In this document: piece after piece, positions 7,806-15,849 of the stretch | How the letters are laid out: each line of letters opens with the position of its first letter | Position numbering within the stretch: position 1 is the first letter of the stretch | The notes under the pieces: model-generated | Database searches by the model: none | What the model saw: the letters and a program-made list of their open reading frames with translations, nothing else | Told to the model about the DNA's origin: nothing | Source of the DNA: Bdellovibrionia bacterium | GTDB lineage: Bacteria; Bdellovibrionota; UBA1018 | Assembly (NCBI GenBank): GCA_045805065.1 | Contig: JBJMMA010000059.1 | Location: 1-17,492 of the forward strand | Direction: 5' to 3' | Length of the DNA stretch: 17,492 nt | Translations under genes and position numbers: made by a program

Positions 7806-8816
7806 ATGGCACGATCAACCGCACGAAAAACGAAATCATCAGCAAAACAACTCGCACGCAGAAACAGTACCGCTCTCCGCGGCCGAAACATTCAGGCCCG
7901 TCGCGACGCCTTGGATCGCGCCAAGCAAGGGAAGCCTAAACGCGATGAGCAAAAAGCCGACCGTGCGACTGGCACTTCTGCTAAGCAACATTTGAAAAAG
8001 CCAGGTCTTGAGAAAGACATGGTTCCACGGCCGCATTATCAGGCTCCTTCTTATAAAGGATCCGAAAAACTCAAAGACAAAGTGGCACTTATTACGGGTG
8101 CGGACTCAGGCATTGGCCGCGCGGTTGCTATCCTTTATGCCCGCGAAGGCGCGGACATCGCCATCGTGTATCTCAATGAGGATGAAGATGCGTTTGAGAC
8201 TGCGCAGGAAGTTCGCAAGGAAGGACGCCGAGCGATTCTGATTCCGGGCGATGTTACGGATTTTGATTTCTGCCAGAACGCGGTCGAGCAGACGCTTCAG
8301 GAATTTGGAAAGCTTGATATTCTGGTCAACAATGCCGCGTTCCAAGAGCATGTGGATTCGTTTGATGAGCTTTCCATTGAACAGTGGGATCTGACTTTCA
8401 AGACCAATATTTATGGTTACTTCTATATGGCCAAGGCCGCGCTTCCTCATATGAAGGAGGGAGGGGCGGTCATCAATACGGGCTCTGTGAATGCTTTTCG
8501 TGGAAATAAGAGCCTGATTGATTATTCAGCAACCAAGGGCGCCATTCATGCTTTCACCAAATCTCTTGCGATGAGTCTGGTCGAAAAGAAAATCCGGGTC
8601 AACTGCGTGGCGCCAGGCCCTGTATGGACGCCGTTCATTCCATCGGACTCGCCCGAAGTCAGTCTGGATGAGTTTGGAAAGTCGGTTCCCATGGAGCGCG
8701 CGGCGCAGCCTGAAGAGGTCGCTCCGAGCTTTGTGTTTTTCGCGGCTGAGTCCGATTCAAGCTACATTACTGGCGAGGTCTTGGGTGTCTTAGGTGGCGA
8801 GCCAATGGGAGCTTAA
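7806..8816 (+). CDS. Classical SDR NAD(P)-dependent oxidoreductase, YghA/YdaD (general stress)-like
   Basis: ATG 7806 follows GGAG; 336 aa. Motifs: YKGSEKLKDKVALITGADSGIGRA, NNAA, catalytic YSATK and VNCVAPGPVWTP. The N-terminal extension is Lys/Arg-rich. The stop overlaps the convergent gene's stop (TTAA 8813-8816). Confidence 0.92.
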   Translation: MARSTARKTKSSAKQLARRNSTALRGRNIQARRDALDRAKQGKPKRDEQKADRATGTSAKQHLKKPGLEKDMVPRPHYQAPSYKGSEKLKDKVALITGADSGIGRAVAILYAREGADIAIVYLNEDEDAFETAQEVRKEGRRAILIPGDVTDFDFCQNAVEQTLQEFGKLDILVNNAAFQEHVDSFDELSIEQWDLTFKTNIYGYFYMAKAALPHMKEGGAVINTGSVNAFRGNKSLIDYSATKGAIHAFTKSLAMSLVEKKIRVNCVAPGPVWTPFIPSDSPEVSLDEFGKSVPMERAAQPEEVAPSFVFFAAESDSSYITGEVLGVLGGEPMGA

Positions 8817-9283
8817 AGTGAAGGCACTTTTGAGCTTTCGCACTCTTGTTTGGTGATGGCATATGCGGCTAAGGCTTCGTCATCTGTCATGGGAGCCATC
8901 ATGTCTGCCCAGGTAGCATCGCTACGAAGATTCGGATTTTGAATGTCGAAAGAAACTTGAAATGGAGTTGCTTCGGTCACGGTCTCGCTTGAGAGGAGCT
9001 GGCCCCAGCAGTTGTAGGTATTGTATCGAACCGTTTCCGTGACTTCGGCTTGCCGCTGGTATTGGCCTTGCCAAAACTCCGCTACGTAGTTTCCGAAAGA
9101 AAAGCTGTGAGAGCCTCGGGTCAAAGTGAGCTCCACCGACACTTGACAGGCATTAGAAGTATAAGCCATGGAGCGCGCGAGAACCGTGCGGTAGTGGAGC
9201 GGCCTGTCGCAGTGATAATGTTCGGCGAATGCGGCAGAAGTACTAAGAGCGCAGATGAGGGTTACAAGGGTAGAGTATTTCAT
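8813..9283 (-). CDS. Secreted hypothetical protein (156 aa)
   Basis: ATG 9283 follows GGAG. Signal peptide MKYSTLVTLICALSTSAAFA; four Cys in the mature part. Confidence 0.75.
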   Translation of the reverse strand: MKYSTLVTLICALSTSAAFAEHYHCDRPLHYRTVLARSMAYTSNACQVSVELTLTRGSHSFSFGNYVAEFWQGQYQRQAEVTETVRYNTYNCWGQLLSSETVTEATPFQVSFDIQNPNLRSDATWADMMAPMTDDEALAAYAITKQECESSKVPSL

Positions 9284-9315
9284 ATATTCTCCAGAAAGTA
9301 TTGAAGACTTCATTG

Positions 9316-10410
9316 CTAGAAGTTCAGCAGTAAATGGCCACCTTCAAAAAAGCCACCTGGTCTGCAATCTACTTTGTCGGTCTCAAGAAGGTGTACTGGG
9401 CAGTCCATGAGCCTTCTGATGACAGATTCTGTTTTGAAGAACAGCTCATCATGGACGGCGACGACTCCCTCGGCATTAGGTCCGGTACCGCTACCGCTTT
9501 GACCAATGTAACCTACGACTTTGTCCTGATGAACGAGGCTTTCTGCTATCTTTTTGAAGATCATGGATTTCGGATACTTGGCTCTGAGACTATTGATGTT
9601 TTTTCGGAAGTAGATGTCGCATGGCTCGATTGCCCAGCTGTAATTGTATCCGGCGAGCGGGATCAAACATTTGATATATTCTTCGCCATAGAGCTGGGAA
9701 AGGGGGAACTCACCGCGCTTGTTGACAAAGCCATTTAAGTTTCCCTGAGCCAAGTCCCATTTGGCAAGCGCGTAAACTCCTTTCAGATGGGATGCTCCCA
9801 CTCGAGTGACAAAGTCATAGGCCGCCGCATAATTGTTCGGTTGAGAGAGCACAGCTTGAAATGCCATTTCGGCGCTCACCACCTGGTTGTAAGTCGATTC
9901 AGGGTGAACAATCCAATAGGCCTCGTGAAATAGGATCGCCATCTGGTCATTGTGGCTGAGTTTCTCAAATCCTGGCAAAAGGTAGGTGGTCTTTTGAGGG
10001 ATATCCGTCAGTGCAAAGAGCTGAAGATTGGCGGGGTCCACACCGGTGACGCGCTGAAACTCTGCCATGAGACGCTTGTAGATCTCGGGTGTTAGTTCTT
10101 GAGGTGAGGCCGTGTGATATTGTCTCACGGGTGTGGGCAGAATCGCGTTCAGGAAGTCCGTTCTCACTTTCGTGTCAATCAGCTCAAGGCCTGCGATGTA
10201 GTCAAACAATTCATTGAGAACAGGGATTTGTTCAGGCAGTCCGGAAATGGATTCTTCAGGCTCCACATAAAGTCCTGCGCTATAGAAAGTCATGTACCGG
10301 CCGTTTTTTACTACGCCGCCACCTCCGCCAACACCTTCTCCGCCTTTTCCCGCGTAAGCGGAGGCGAGAGTGGTTAAAAACAACAGGACAGAAATAATCG
10401 TACTTTTCAT
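9316..10410 (-). CDS. Secreted hypothetical protein with N-terminal GGEGVGGGGG motif and HE motif (Bdellovibrionota-type)
   Basis: 364 aa. The signal peptide ends SAYA. Contains ILFHEAYW. The start overlaps the upstream stop (ATGA, 10407-10410). Confidence 0.8.
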   Translation of the reverse strand: MKSTIISVLLFLTTLASAYAGKGGEGVGGGGGVVKNGRYMTFYSAGLYVEPEESISGLPEQIPVLNELFDYIAGLELIDTKVRTDFLNAILPTPVRQYHTASPQELTPEIYKRLMAEFQRVTGVDPANLQLFALTDIPQKTTYLLPGFEKLSHNDQMAILFHEAYWIVHPESTYNQVVSAEMAFQAVLSQPNNYAAAYDFVTRVGASHLKGVYALAKWDLAQGNLNGFVNKRGEFPLSQLYGEEYIKCLIPLAGYNYSWAIEPCDIYFRKNINSLRAKYPKSMIFKKIAESLVHQDKVVGYIGQSGSGTGPNAEGVVAVHDELFFKTESVIRRLMDCPVHLLETDKVDCRPGGFFEGGHLLLNF

Positions 10411-11219
10411 ACGGACTCCTCATTGGATTTTGAAACGGGGGATTTTGAAACGGGATAAAGTTGAAGGGTGAAATTATAGACACGCGTCTGGTTGCCATCT
10501 TCGAGCAAGGCGCAAAGATCGCGACGAAAACGCTGAATGAGCTTTCGCGCCTGATCCAGTTTGGTCTCATCGATTGCCATCGTGATGGAGGTGATGTCTT
10601 TTTCCTCGGGCTGGCATTCGTCCACGGCGATCAAGGCTTTATGAATGAGCTGACGCTGCAGCTCGCGGTGCGCGCTGCTTGTGTTCACTGCGGACTGATT
10701 CGTGTGAAAGCGCGCAGACTTCACCAGCGATTTGTTTTCTACGAGTAGCAGGCCTAATCTTTTAAGGCGCTCAATGGCGGCCTTTGCTTCTTCCTTGGTG
10801 ATCGAGAGCTGACGGGCGATCCAGAGTGGATCGGCCCGAAAGCCGCTGACAAACGTGAGCTCCAGGATGGCGTAGTGGTACCAATCCGATATCGCGGTAA
10901 ACTCGTCGAGGCTGACCTGGTAAAAATCTGGGTTACTGTTTGGGCTGGATTCAATCAAACCAAAGGCTTTGAGGTCGGCAGGTGCCGCGGATAAGCGCTT
11001 GCAGATGGTCAGGATGCCTTTTTTGGAAATCGGACGCTTACCACTTAAGATCTGAGAAAGAGACGAGGCATCTAAATCCAGAGCCTTGGCAAAGGCCCGA
11101 AGCGAGTAGCGCGGGTTGCGTTTGCAACGTTCAGTGAACTGACGCTGCAACCAGAGCCGAAAGTTTAAGCGCTCGGTCTCTTTTGAATGGATCGTTTCCT
11201 GGCCTGTTCCCAATAGCAT
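10407..11219 (-). CDS. TIGR02147/DUF4423-family protein with N-terminal HTH (putative transcriptional regulator)
   Basis: RCKRNPRYSLRAFAKALDLDASSLSQILSGKR, ISDWYHYAILEL and EEKDITSITMAID...VYNFTLQLYP are hallmark motifs of this family. Confidence 0.9.
   Translation of the reverse strand: MLLGTGQETIHSKETERLNFRLWLQRQFTERCKRNPRYSLRAFAKALDLDASSLSQILSGKRPISKKGILTICKRLSAAPADLKAFGLIESSPNSNPDFYQVSLDEFTAISDWYHYAILELTFVSGFRADPLWIARQLSITKEEAKAAIERLKRLGLLLVENKSLVKSARFHTNQSAVNTSSAHRELQRQLIHKALIAVDECQPEEKDITSITMAIDETKLDQARKLIQRFRRDLCALLEDGNQTRVYNFTLQLYPVSKSPVSKSNEESV
10425..10454. repeat. Perfect 15-bp tandem duplication in the 3' end of the TIGR02147 gene
   Basis: GGATTTTGAAACGGG at 10425-10439 and 10440-10454 encodes PVSKS-PVSKS. 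Confidence 0.9.
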
Positions 11220-11226
11220 GGGTCGG

Positions 11227-11255
11227 CTTATAGCGGGCAGGTGCCCAGGAGTCTA
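11227..11255 (-). promoter_or_regulatory. Candidate sigma70-type promoter for the TIGR02147 operon (possibly leaderless)
   Basis: On the minus strand TAGACT (11250-11255), 17 nt, TATAAG (11227-11232), 7 nt, ATG. No Shine-Dalgarno sequence. Confidence 0.4.
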
Positions 11256-11260
11256 GCAAA

Positions 11261-11291
11261 AGTGCCACAATGTGTGGCAGTCGAGTGCCAC
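11261..11291. promoter_or_regulatory. Palindromic operator-like site upstream of the TIGR02147 gene
   Basis: TGCCACA-ATG-TGTGGCA (11263-11279), plus AGTGCCAC repeated at 11261 and 11284. Confidence 0.5.
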
Positions 11292-11293
11292 GG

Positions 11294-13825
11294 CTATGAG
11301 GCCATTCTTTCTTTAGAGTCGGAGGATTCATGAGAATCCATGGACTCAATAAGAACCTGAGACTCTTCAGGCGATGGATTGCGCGACACTTTTCTACCAC
11401 TCCAGATGAGGCCGCTCAGGCCCGCCAGGAACGATCCCAGAATATATGCGAGATAAGCGCTATCTTTAACAGATGCCGCAGCCGAATCGCTGGAGAGGAA
11501 GCTTCCATTGATTCCTGGCAGAGCGCCTTTCACGGCATCGAGCAATGGATGCTTCTGAGGCTGATCCGGTTGATAGTCCTGACCCAGCTCCCAGAGTGAG
11601 ACGCCACCCACTTGATAGTCTCGAACGACCCGAGTTTTTGCGGCCACGGATTGTTCGTTATCGTAAGTGATCCAGCCATCCGATGTTCTGATCCACGGGA
11701 CTTGAGCGGTGCTATCAAAGTTGATCACGTTGGGCGCACGCGAGTAAGTGGCCATGATGTCGGCAAAGCGAATCTGTCCCCGCTTGTTCGGATCAGCGTT
11801 CTTGTTTCGAGGCTGATTTGGGCCCGTGCTTCCATCCCAAAATCTCCATCCGTAGAAGGGGATGCCAAGATTGATTTTGCTCAGTGGCGCACCCGCTTGT
11901 TGATACTGCTGCAGTGTCCAGAGATACGATGAGGTTCCTTGAAAGGCGGCATTGTGCCAGGTGAAATCGCAGCAACTGACATTATCGTAGACCATGACGT
12001 TGAATCGATCGACGTAATTGAACGCGCCGCTTTTCACCCATTGTGAAGCTTGAGACGGAAACGCATCCGTCGTGAGGAGCTTATTTCCGAGTCGTGCTCG
12101 GAGCGCTGCCATCAGCGAGATGATCACGTTTCTTGTGTCCGCATCGTCAATGGATTTTGACCATTCCCAATCGAGATCCAAACCATCGTAACCGTATTGC
12201 GTGAGTGCATCGACAATACGCTGTGCCTCGCGATCGGCACCATCTCGTTTGACGGCGTTGACAAGATTTGCGCCTGAGGTTCCCGCATCCGGGACAAGGT
12301 CATTCACCCAAAGGAGAAGCAGGACTTTGACATTGCGAGCGTGAGCCGCTTGAATGAACTCCGCTTGATCATTGGCAAGATTTCCCCAGCCTGCGTTCAG
12401 ATTGATGCTTCCATCGGTATTGAAAGCCGCGCAGCAGTGAATGGCGTGAGTGAGGCCTGTCCAATCAATTGCAGACACGGGAGTGCCATCGGCAGGGTAG
12501 TAGGATCCCAAGCTCCATTGATCAATCGAGGATGTTGGATAAATCTCAAAAGGTTTCACTGCGCCTGAGTCCGTGCCCAAAGAGATGGTTTGATAGTAGC
12601 GCTTGAGATTCCAACCCATGGCGTCGGACATCGTTGAAATGCCATTCCAGGAGGACCAGCCTTTGTCGGTAGAAACCCAGCACTCCATGCCAAAGGCCCC
12701 GCGGCCGCAAACATCAGCTCTTCCATCACCATTGATATCGGCCAGGCGAATGGTTTGATAGTATTCAGGCACGCCCCATCCCATGGCGTCAGACATCGTT
12801 GTAATGCCGTACCAGGGCGTCCAGCCGCTACCAGATGAAATCCAGCAGTAGAGTCCTGCAGCGCCACGTGCGCAGAGATCGGCTTTGCCATCCCCATTGA
12901 TGTCGGCAAGCTGAATGGTTTGATAGCCCACCGGGCTCGTCCATCCACCCGCATCCGAAAGTGTAGGAATGCCTGCGACTCGAACCCATCCACTGTTAGT
13001 GGACGTCCAGCACTCAATGCCTCCGCCGCCGCGCCCGCAAAGGTCAGCGCGTCCGTCTCCATTGATGTCAGCCATCTGGATCGTTTGATAGTACTGAGGC
13101 TTGTTCCACCCCATGGCATCTGACATCGTTGAAATTCCGTACCAAGGAACCCAATCCGTGCCCGTTGAAATCCAGCACTCAAGACCGTATCCGCCGCGTC
13201 CGCAGAGATCGGCTTTGCCATCGCCGTTGATATCAGCAAAATGAATCGTTTGGTAATACTCCGGGCGATTCCAGCCCATAGCATTGGAGAGTGTTGGGAT
13301 CCCTTTGTGAGGAATCCATCCCGAGGCGCTCGAGGTCCAGCACATGAGTCCGCCTGCGCCTCGGACGCAAACGTCGGCTCTGCCATCGCCATTGATGTCA
13401 GCAAGGCGAATCGTCTGATAGTACTCAGGCCTGAACCAGCCTGCGGCATCGGACAAAGTTTGAATCGAAAAGGTCGGGCTCCAACCGCCCGCGTCCCAGA
13501 GCCAGCAAAGAAGACCTGCGGAACCGCGTGCGCAGACATCCGCTTTGCCATCTCCATTGATGTCAGCGAGCTGAATGGTTTCGTAGCCTATGGCCTGATT
13601 CCATCCGCCTGCATCCGAGAGAGTGGGGATTCCTGCAATCGATGTCCAGCCTGAAGGGCTTGCTGTCCAGCATTCAAGACCGTATCCGCCGCGTCCGCAA
13701 AGTTTTGTGTCACGGCTGCTCAGGAGTGCGCTTCTGGAGGAACTGGATCCTTGATCAACGACAAGACAGCCTTGAAATAACGTGGCCATCAAAAGCGCGA
13801 GAGCGGCATGGCGAATCAACATCAT
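11294..13825 (-). CDS. Putative lipoprotein: FG-GAP/VCBS-like 7-repeat beta-propeller + GH18 (chitinase-like) domain + C-terminal hydrophobic helix
   Basis: 843 aa with an LFQGC lipobox-like site and six ADINGDG[KR]AD motifs at 55-aa period. GH18 motifs: IDWTGLTHAI, DGLDLDWE (DxxDxDxE intact), VMVYD, KINLGIPFYG, WITYDNEQS, GGVSLWELGQD. The tail contains YLAYILGSFLAGLSGLIW. Confidence 0.9.
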   Translation of the reverse strand: MMLIRHAALALLMATLFQGCLVVDQGSSSSRSALLSSRDTKLCGRGGYGLECWTASPSGWTSIAGIPTLSDAGGWNQAIGYETIQLADINGDGKADVCARGSAGLLCWLWDAGGWSPTFSIQTLSDAAGWFRPEYYQTIRLADINGDGRADVCVRGAGGLMCWTSSASGWIPHKGIPTLSNAMGWNRPEYYQTIHFADINGDGKADLCGRGGYGLECWISTGTDWVPWYGISTMSDAMGWNKPQYYQTIQMADINGDGRADLCGRGGGGIECWTSTNSGWVRVAGIPTLSDAGGWTSPVGYQTIQLADINGDGKADLCARGAAGLYCWISSGSGWTPWYGITTMSDAMGWGVPEYYQTIRLADINGDGRADVCGRGAFGMECWVSTDKGWSSWNGISTMSDAMGWNLKRYYQTISLGTDSGAVKPFEIYPTSSIDQWSLGSYYPADGTPVSAIDWTGLTHAIHCCAAFNTDGSINLNAGWGNLANDQAEFIQAAHARNVKVLLLLWVNDLVPDAGTSGANLVNAVKRDGADREAQRIVDALTQYGYDGLDLDWEWSKSIDDADTRNVIISLMAALRARLGNKLLTTDAFPSQASQWVKSGAFNYVDRFNVMVYDNVSCCDFTWHNAAFQGTSSYLWTLQQYQQAGAPLSKINLGIPFYGWRFWDGSTGPNQPRNKNADPNKRGQIRFADIMATYSRAPNVINFDSTAQVPWIRTSDGWITYDNEQSVAAKTRVVRDYQVGGVSLWELGQDYQPDQPQKHPLLDAVKGALPGINGSFLSSDSAAASVKDSAYLAYILGSFLAGLSGLIWSGRKVSRNPSPEESQVLIESMDSHESSDSKERMAS
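12575..13705 (-). repeat. Seven 55-aa coding repeats (propeller blades)
   Basis: CxRGxxGxxCW...W...IxT[LM]S[DN]AxGW...YxTI occurs seven times. Boundaries are approximate. Confidence 0.9.
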
Positions 13826-13925
13826 TTACCCCGGTTATGAGCTTCATTATTTCAGAACTCATATTGGGGAGGAATGCGTCATTTCGGACCTGGGGCGGCT
13901 TCACTTTTATGGTTTCACAGATGCC

Positions 13926-14450
13926 CTAAGAGCAGAAATGATCTCTGCACATACTGGATCCCATGCACTCGCTTGAAGAGTTGCAATGACCGCCTGGAGG
14001 GATATTGTTGATCCCGGGGTCGGTGCAGTAGTTGTCACGACACATGCTGGCTCCCTGGCATTCGCTTGAGTGCTCGCAGCGACCCCCGGGAGGAACGTTG
14101 TTGGTGCCTGGGTTAGAGCAAAAGCCATTGTGGCACATGCTGGCTCCCACGCACTCGCTCGAGGAGTCGCAATGACCTCCAGGAGGGATGTTGTTGACCC
14201 CGGGATCTGAGCAATAACCATTACGACAGAAGCTGGCGCCGCAGCAATCGCTGGAGTATGAGCAAACGACTCCAGGGTCTCGACATCCACTTGCGGCAAA
14301 CGTATTGAGCTCATTGCGGTCAAAGAGCTCTTTGCTTTTTTTGAGAAGCGAGTTTGCAGCCGGGTTGGTCGAGCAGTCAGACGCGATGCTGTTTCCAGCA
14401 AATGAGCAAAGCGATAGAGCCAAGAGTACTAGCGAGAGAAACGTTCTCAT
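13926..14450 (-). CDS. Secreted Cys-rich protein with four C-x5-C-x5-C-x4-C modules
   Basis: 174 aa; AAGGA upstream; signal peptide. Three 31-aa repeats of type DPGxNNIPPGGHCxSSSECxGASMCxxxFCS (13929-14207) plus one shorter unit (14208-14279). Confidence 0.8.
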   Translation of the reverse strand: MRTFLSLVLLALSLCSFAGNSIASDCSTNPAANSLLKKSKELFDRNELNTFAASGCRDPGVVCSYSSDCCGASFCRNGYCSDPGVNNIPPGGHCDSSSECVGASMCHNGFCSNPGTNNVPPGGRCEHSSECQGASMCRDNYCTDPGINNIPPGGHCNSSSECMGSSMCRDHFCS

Positions 14451-14486
14451 CTTGTTATCCTTTCAAAGTAGGTTCAGGAAAAGGTT

Positions 14487-15239
14487 TTATTGAGACTTCC
14501 TGCACGAAGGATGGCTTGGGTTGTTCTCGCAGAGATCGCCAGATGGCTTGCAATCCGAGGAGTAGGGGTTAGCTTTGCAGTAAGGGACGCTACCTTTACA
14601 GTCCGAGGTGTAGGGATTGGCTTCGCATTTTGGAAGAGAGCCTTTGCAGTCGGAAGTATAAGGATTGGCTTCGCACTTAGGGAGTGAGCCTTGGCAATCC
14701 GAGGTGTATGGGTTTGCTTTACACTTAGGTAGCGAGCCTTGGCAATCTGACGTGTAGGGATTGGCTTCACACTTTGGAAGAGATCCTTTGCAGTCAGAAG
14801 TGTAAGGGTTGGCTTGGCACTTAGGAAGGGATCCTTGGCAATCCGAGGAGTAAGGATTTTGTTCGCACTTTGGGAGAGAGCCTTTGCAATCGGATGCGTA
14901 TGGATTTTGTTCGCAGTACGGCAGAGATCCTCTGCAGTCAGACGCGTACGGGTTTTGTTTGCAGTAGGGGAGTGATCCTTTGCAGTCTGAAGAGTAGGGG
15001 TTTGCTTCGCAGGAAGGGAGCGATCCTTTGCACTCGGATGCATAAGGGTTTTGCTCGCAGTGAGATTTGGTTTTACATCGAGAGTCGGATGGATTGACTC
15101 GACAGAAAGCATCGGTGCCCGCGCACTCGGCCGCAGTTGGGTTTTTATCGCAGCTTTTGTAATCGGAGGCTGCGAAGCTGCTTCCGGCGAAACTGCAGAG
15201 CGATAGTGCAAACAATGCCAGCGAAAGATACGGTCTCAT
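14487..15239 (-). CDS. Secreted Cys-rich protein with tandem 16-aa CxxNPYxSDC[KQ]GSLP repeats
   Basis: ATG 15239 follows AAGGAG; 250 aa; signal peptide. Eleven well-conserved units plus three degenerate CxxNPxxxxC units. Confidence 0.85.
   Translation of the reverse strand: MRPYLSLALFALSLCSFAGSSFAASDYKSCDKNPTAAECAGTDAFCRVNPSDSRCKTKSHCEQNPYASECKGSLPSCEANPYSSDCKGSLPYCKQNPYASDCRGSLPYCEQNPYASDCKGSLPKCEQNPYSSDCQGSLPKCQANPYTSDCKGSLPKCEANPYTSDCQGSLPKCKANPYTSDCQGSLPKCEANPYTSDCKGSLPKCEANPYTSDCKGSVPYCKANPYSSDCKPSGDLCENNPSHPSCRKSQ
14532..15059 (-). repeat. 11 x 48-nt coding tandem repeat
   Basis: The 48-nt period holds throughout, and variation is mostly at synonymous positions in the Cys-rich frame. 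Confidence 0.9.
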
Positions 15240-15424
15240 TTTGATCTCCTTCAATTTGGAGATCTGCGCATCGCAACCTATGTACCACGGTGAAGTGCCG
15301 CTATATTTGAGATCGCCTCATCGCACTCTGCGTTAATGGTGTCGTTGTGGCTAATGCTGGTGGAGAAGGGCACCATTTCTTCTGCTGGGAGAAGATATCT
15401 GATGCCCAACGGCACACGTGCTTT

Positions 15425-15766
15425 TCAATGTACGTAATTACAAGTGGTCATAGAGTAATCCACTTTCAGGTCAGACGTAATGACTGCCACCTTTCCTGAG
15501 CATCGCTGTAGAGTCCAATGGGGTGGGACACCTTGTTCATCTCTTCCTGTATCAACATACTGTTGACCGATGATTGTGAAAACGATTCGGGCAGCGTTCG
15601 CGGTTTCCTGAATTTCAATGGGTGTCACTTGCCACTGTCCTGACCGGTGCCCTACAACCAGTTGTTCGGCCATTTGAACAGCCCATCGGTCGTTACCGTT
15701 TATGGGTCGAGCACTGACAGTACTAGCGAGAAGGAGAGATGTTAGGAGGGCTAATTTGTAATTCAT
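15425..15766 (-). CDS. Small secreted hypothetical protein (113 aa)
   Basis: GAGG upstream; signal peptide MNYKLALLTSLLLASTVSA; one Cys pair. Confidence 0.7.
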   Translation of the reverse strand: MNYKLALLTSLLLASTVSARPINGNDRWAVQMAEQLVVGHRSGQWQVTPIEIQETANAARIVFTIIGQQYVDTGRDEQGVPPHWTLQRCSGKVAVITSDLKVDYSMTTCNYVH

Positions 15767-15849
15767 TGAATACCTCTTTGGTTACATTTTTCAGGAGCCC
15801 GGATCACTTTTGAGCTTCCGCTCAGGGCCCCGTATTGTATCGTTACAGT

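Noticed and set aside
12556..13557. 333-aa ORF within the propeller repeats (and similarly 13907-14401)
   Set aside because: Both are out-of-frame shadows of better-supported repeat genes.
14532..15059. 48-nt periodic array as a possible CRISPR array
   Set aside because: There are no unique spacers, variation is synonymous in a coding frame, and no cas genes are present.
12575..15059. Diversity-generating retroelement or other template/variable repeat pair
   Set aside because: There is no reverse transcriptase, and differences between repeats are not adenine-specific.
14474..15211. 245-aa overlapping minus-strand ORF
   Set aside because: It is an alternative frame of the repeat gene, with no SD or signal peptide and poorer repeat conservation at protein level.
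13926..15239. RiPP multi-core precursor cluster
   Set aside because: There is no adjacent modifying enzyme, peptidase or transporter, and Sec signals with paired Cys favour disulfides. Kept only as a weak polyprotein idea.
15795..15831. Small hairpin TGAGC-GGAA-GCTCA with a GC-rich outer stem on the minus strand
   Set aside because: No U-tract follows in the direction of transcription, so it is too weak to call a terminator or ncRNA.
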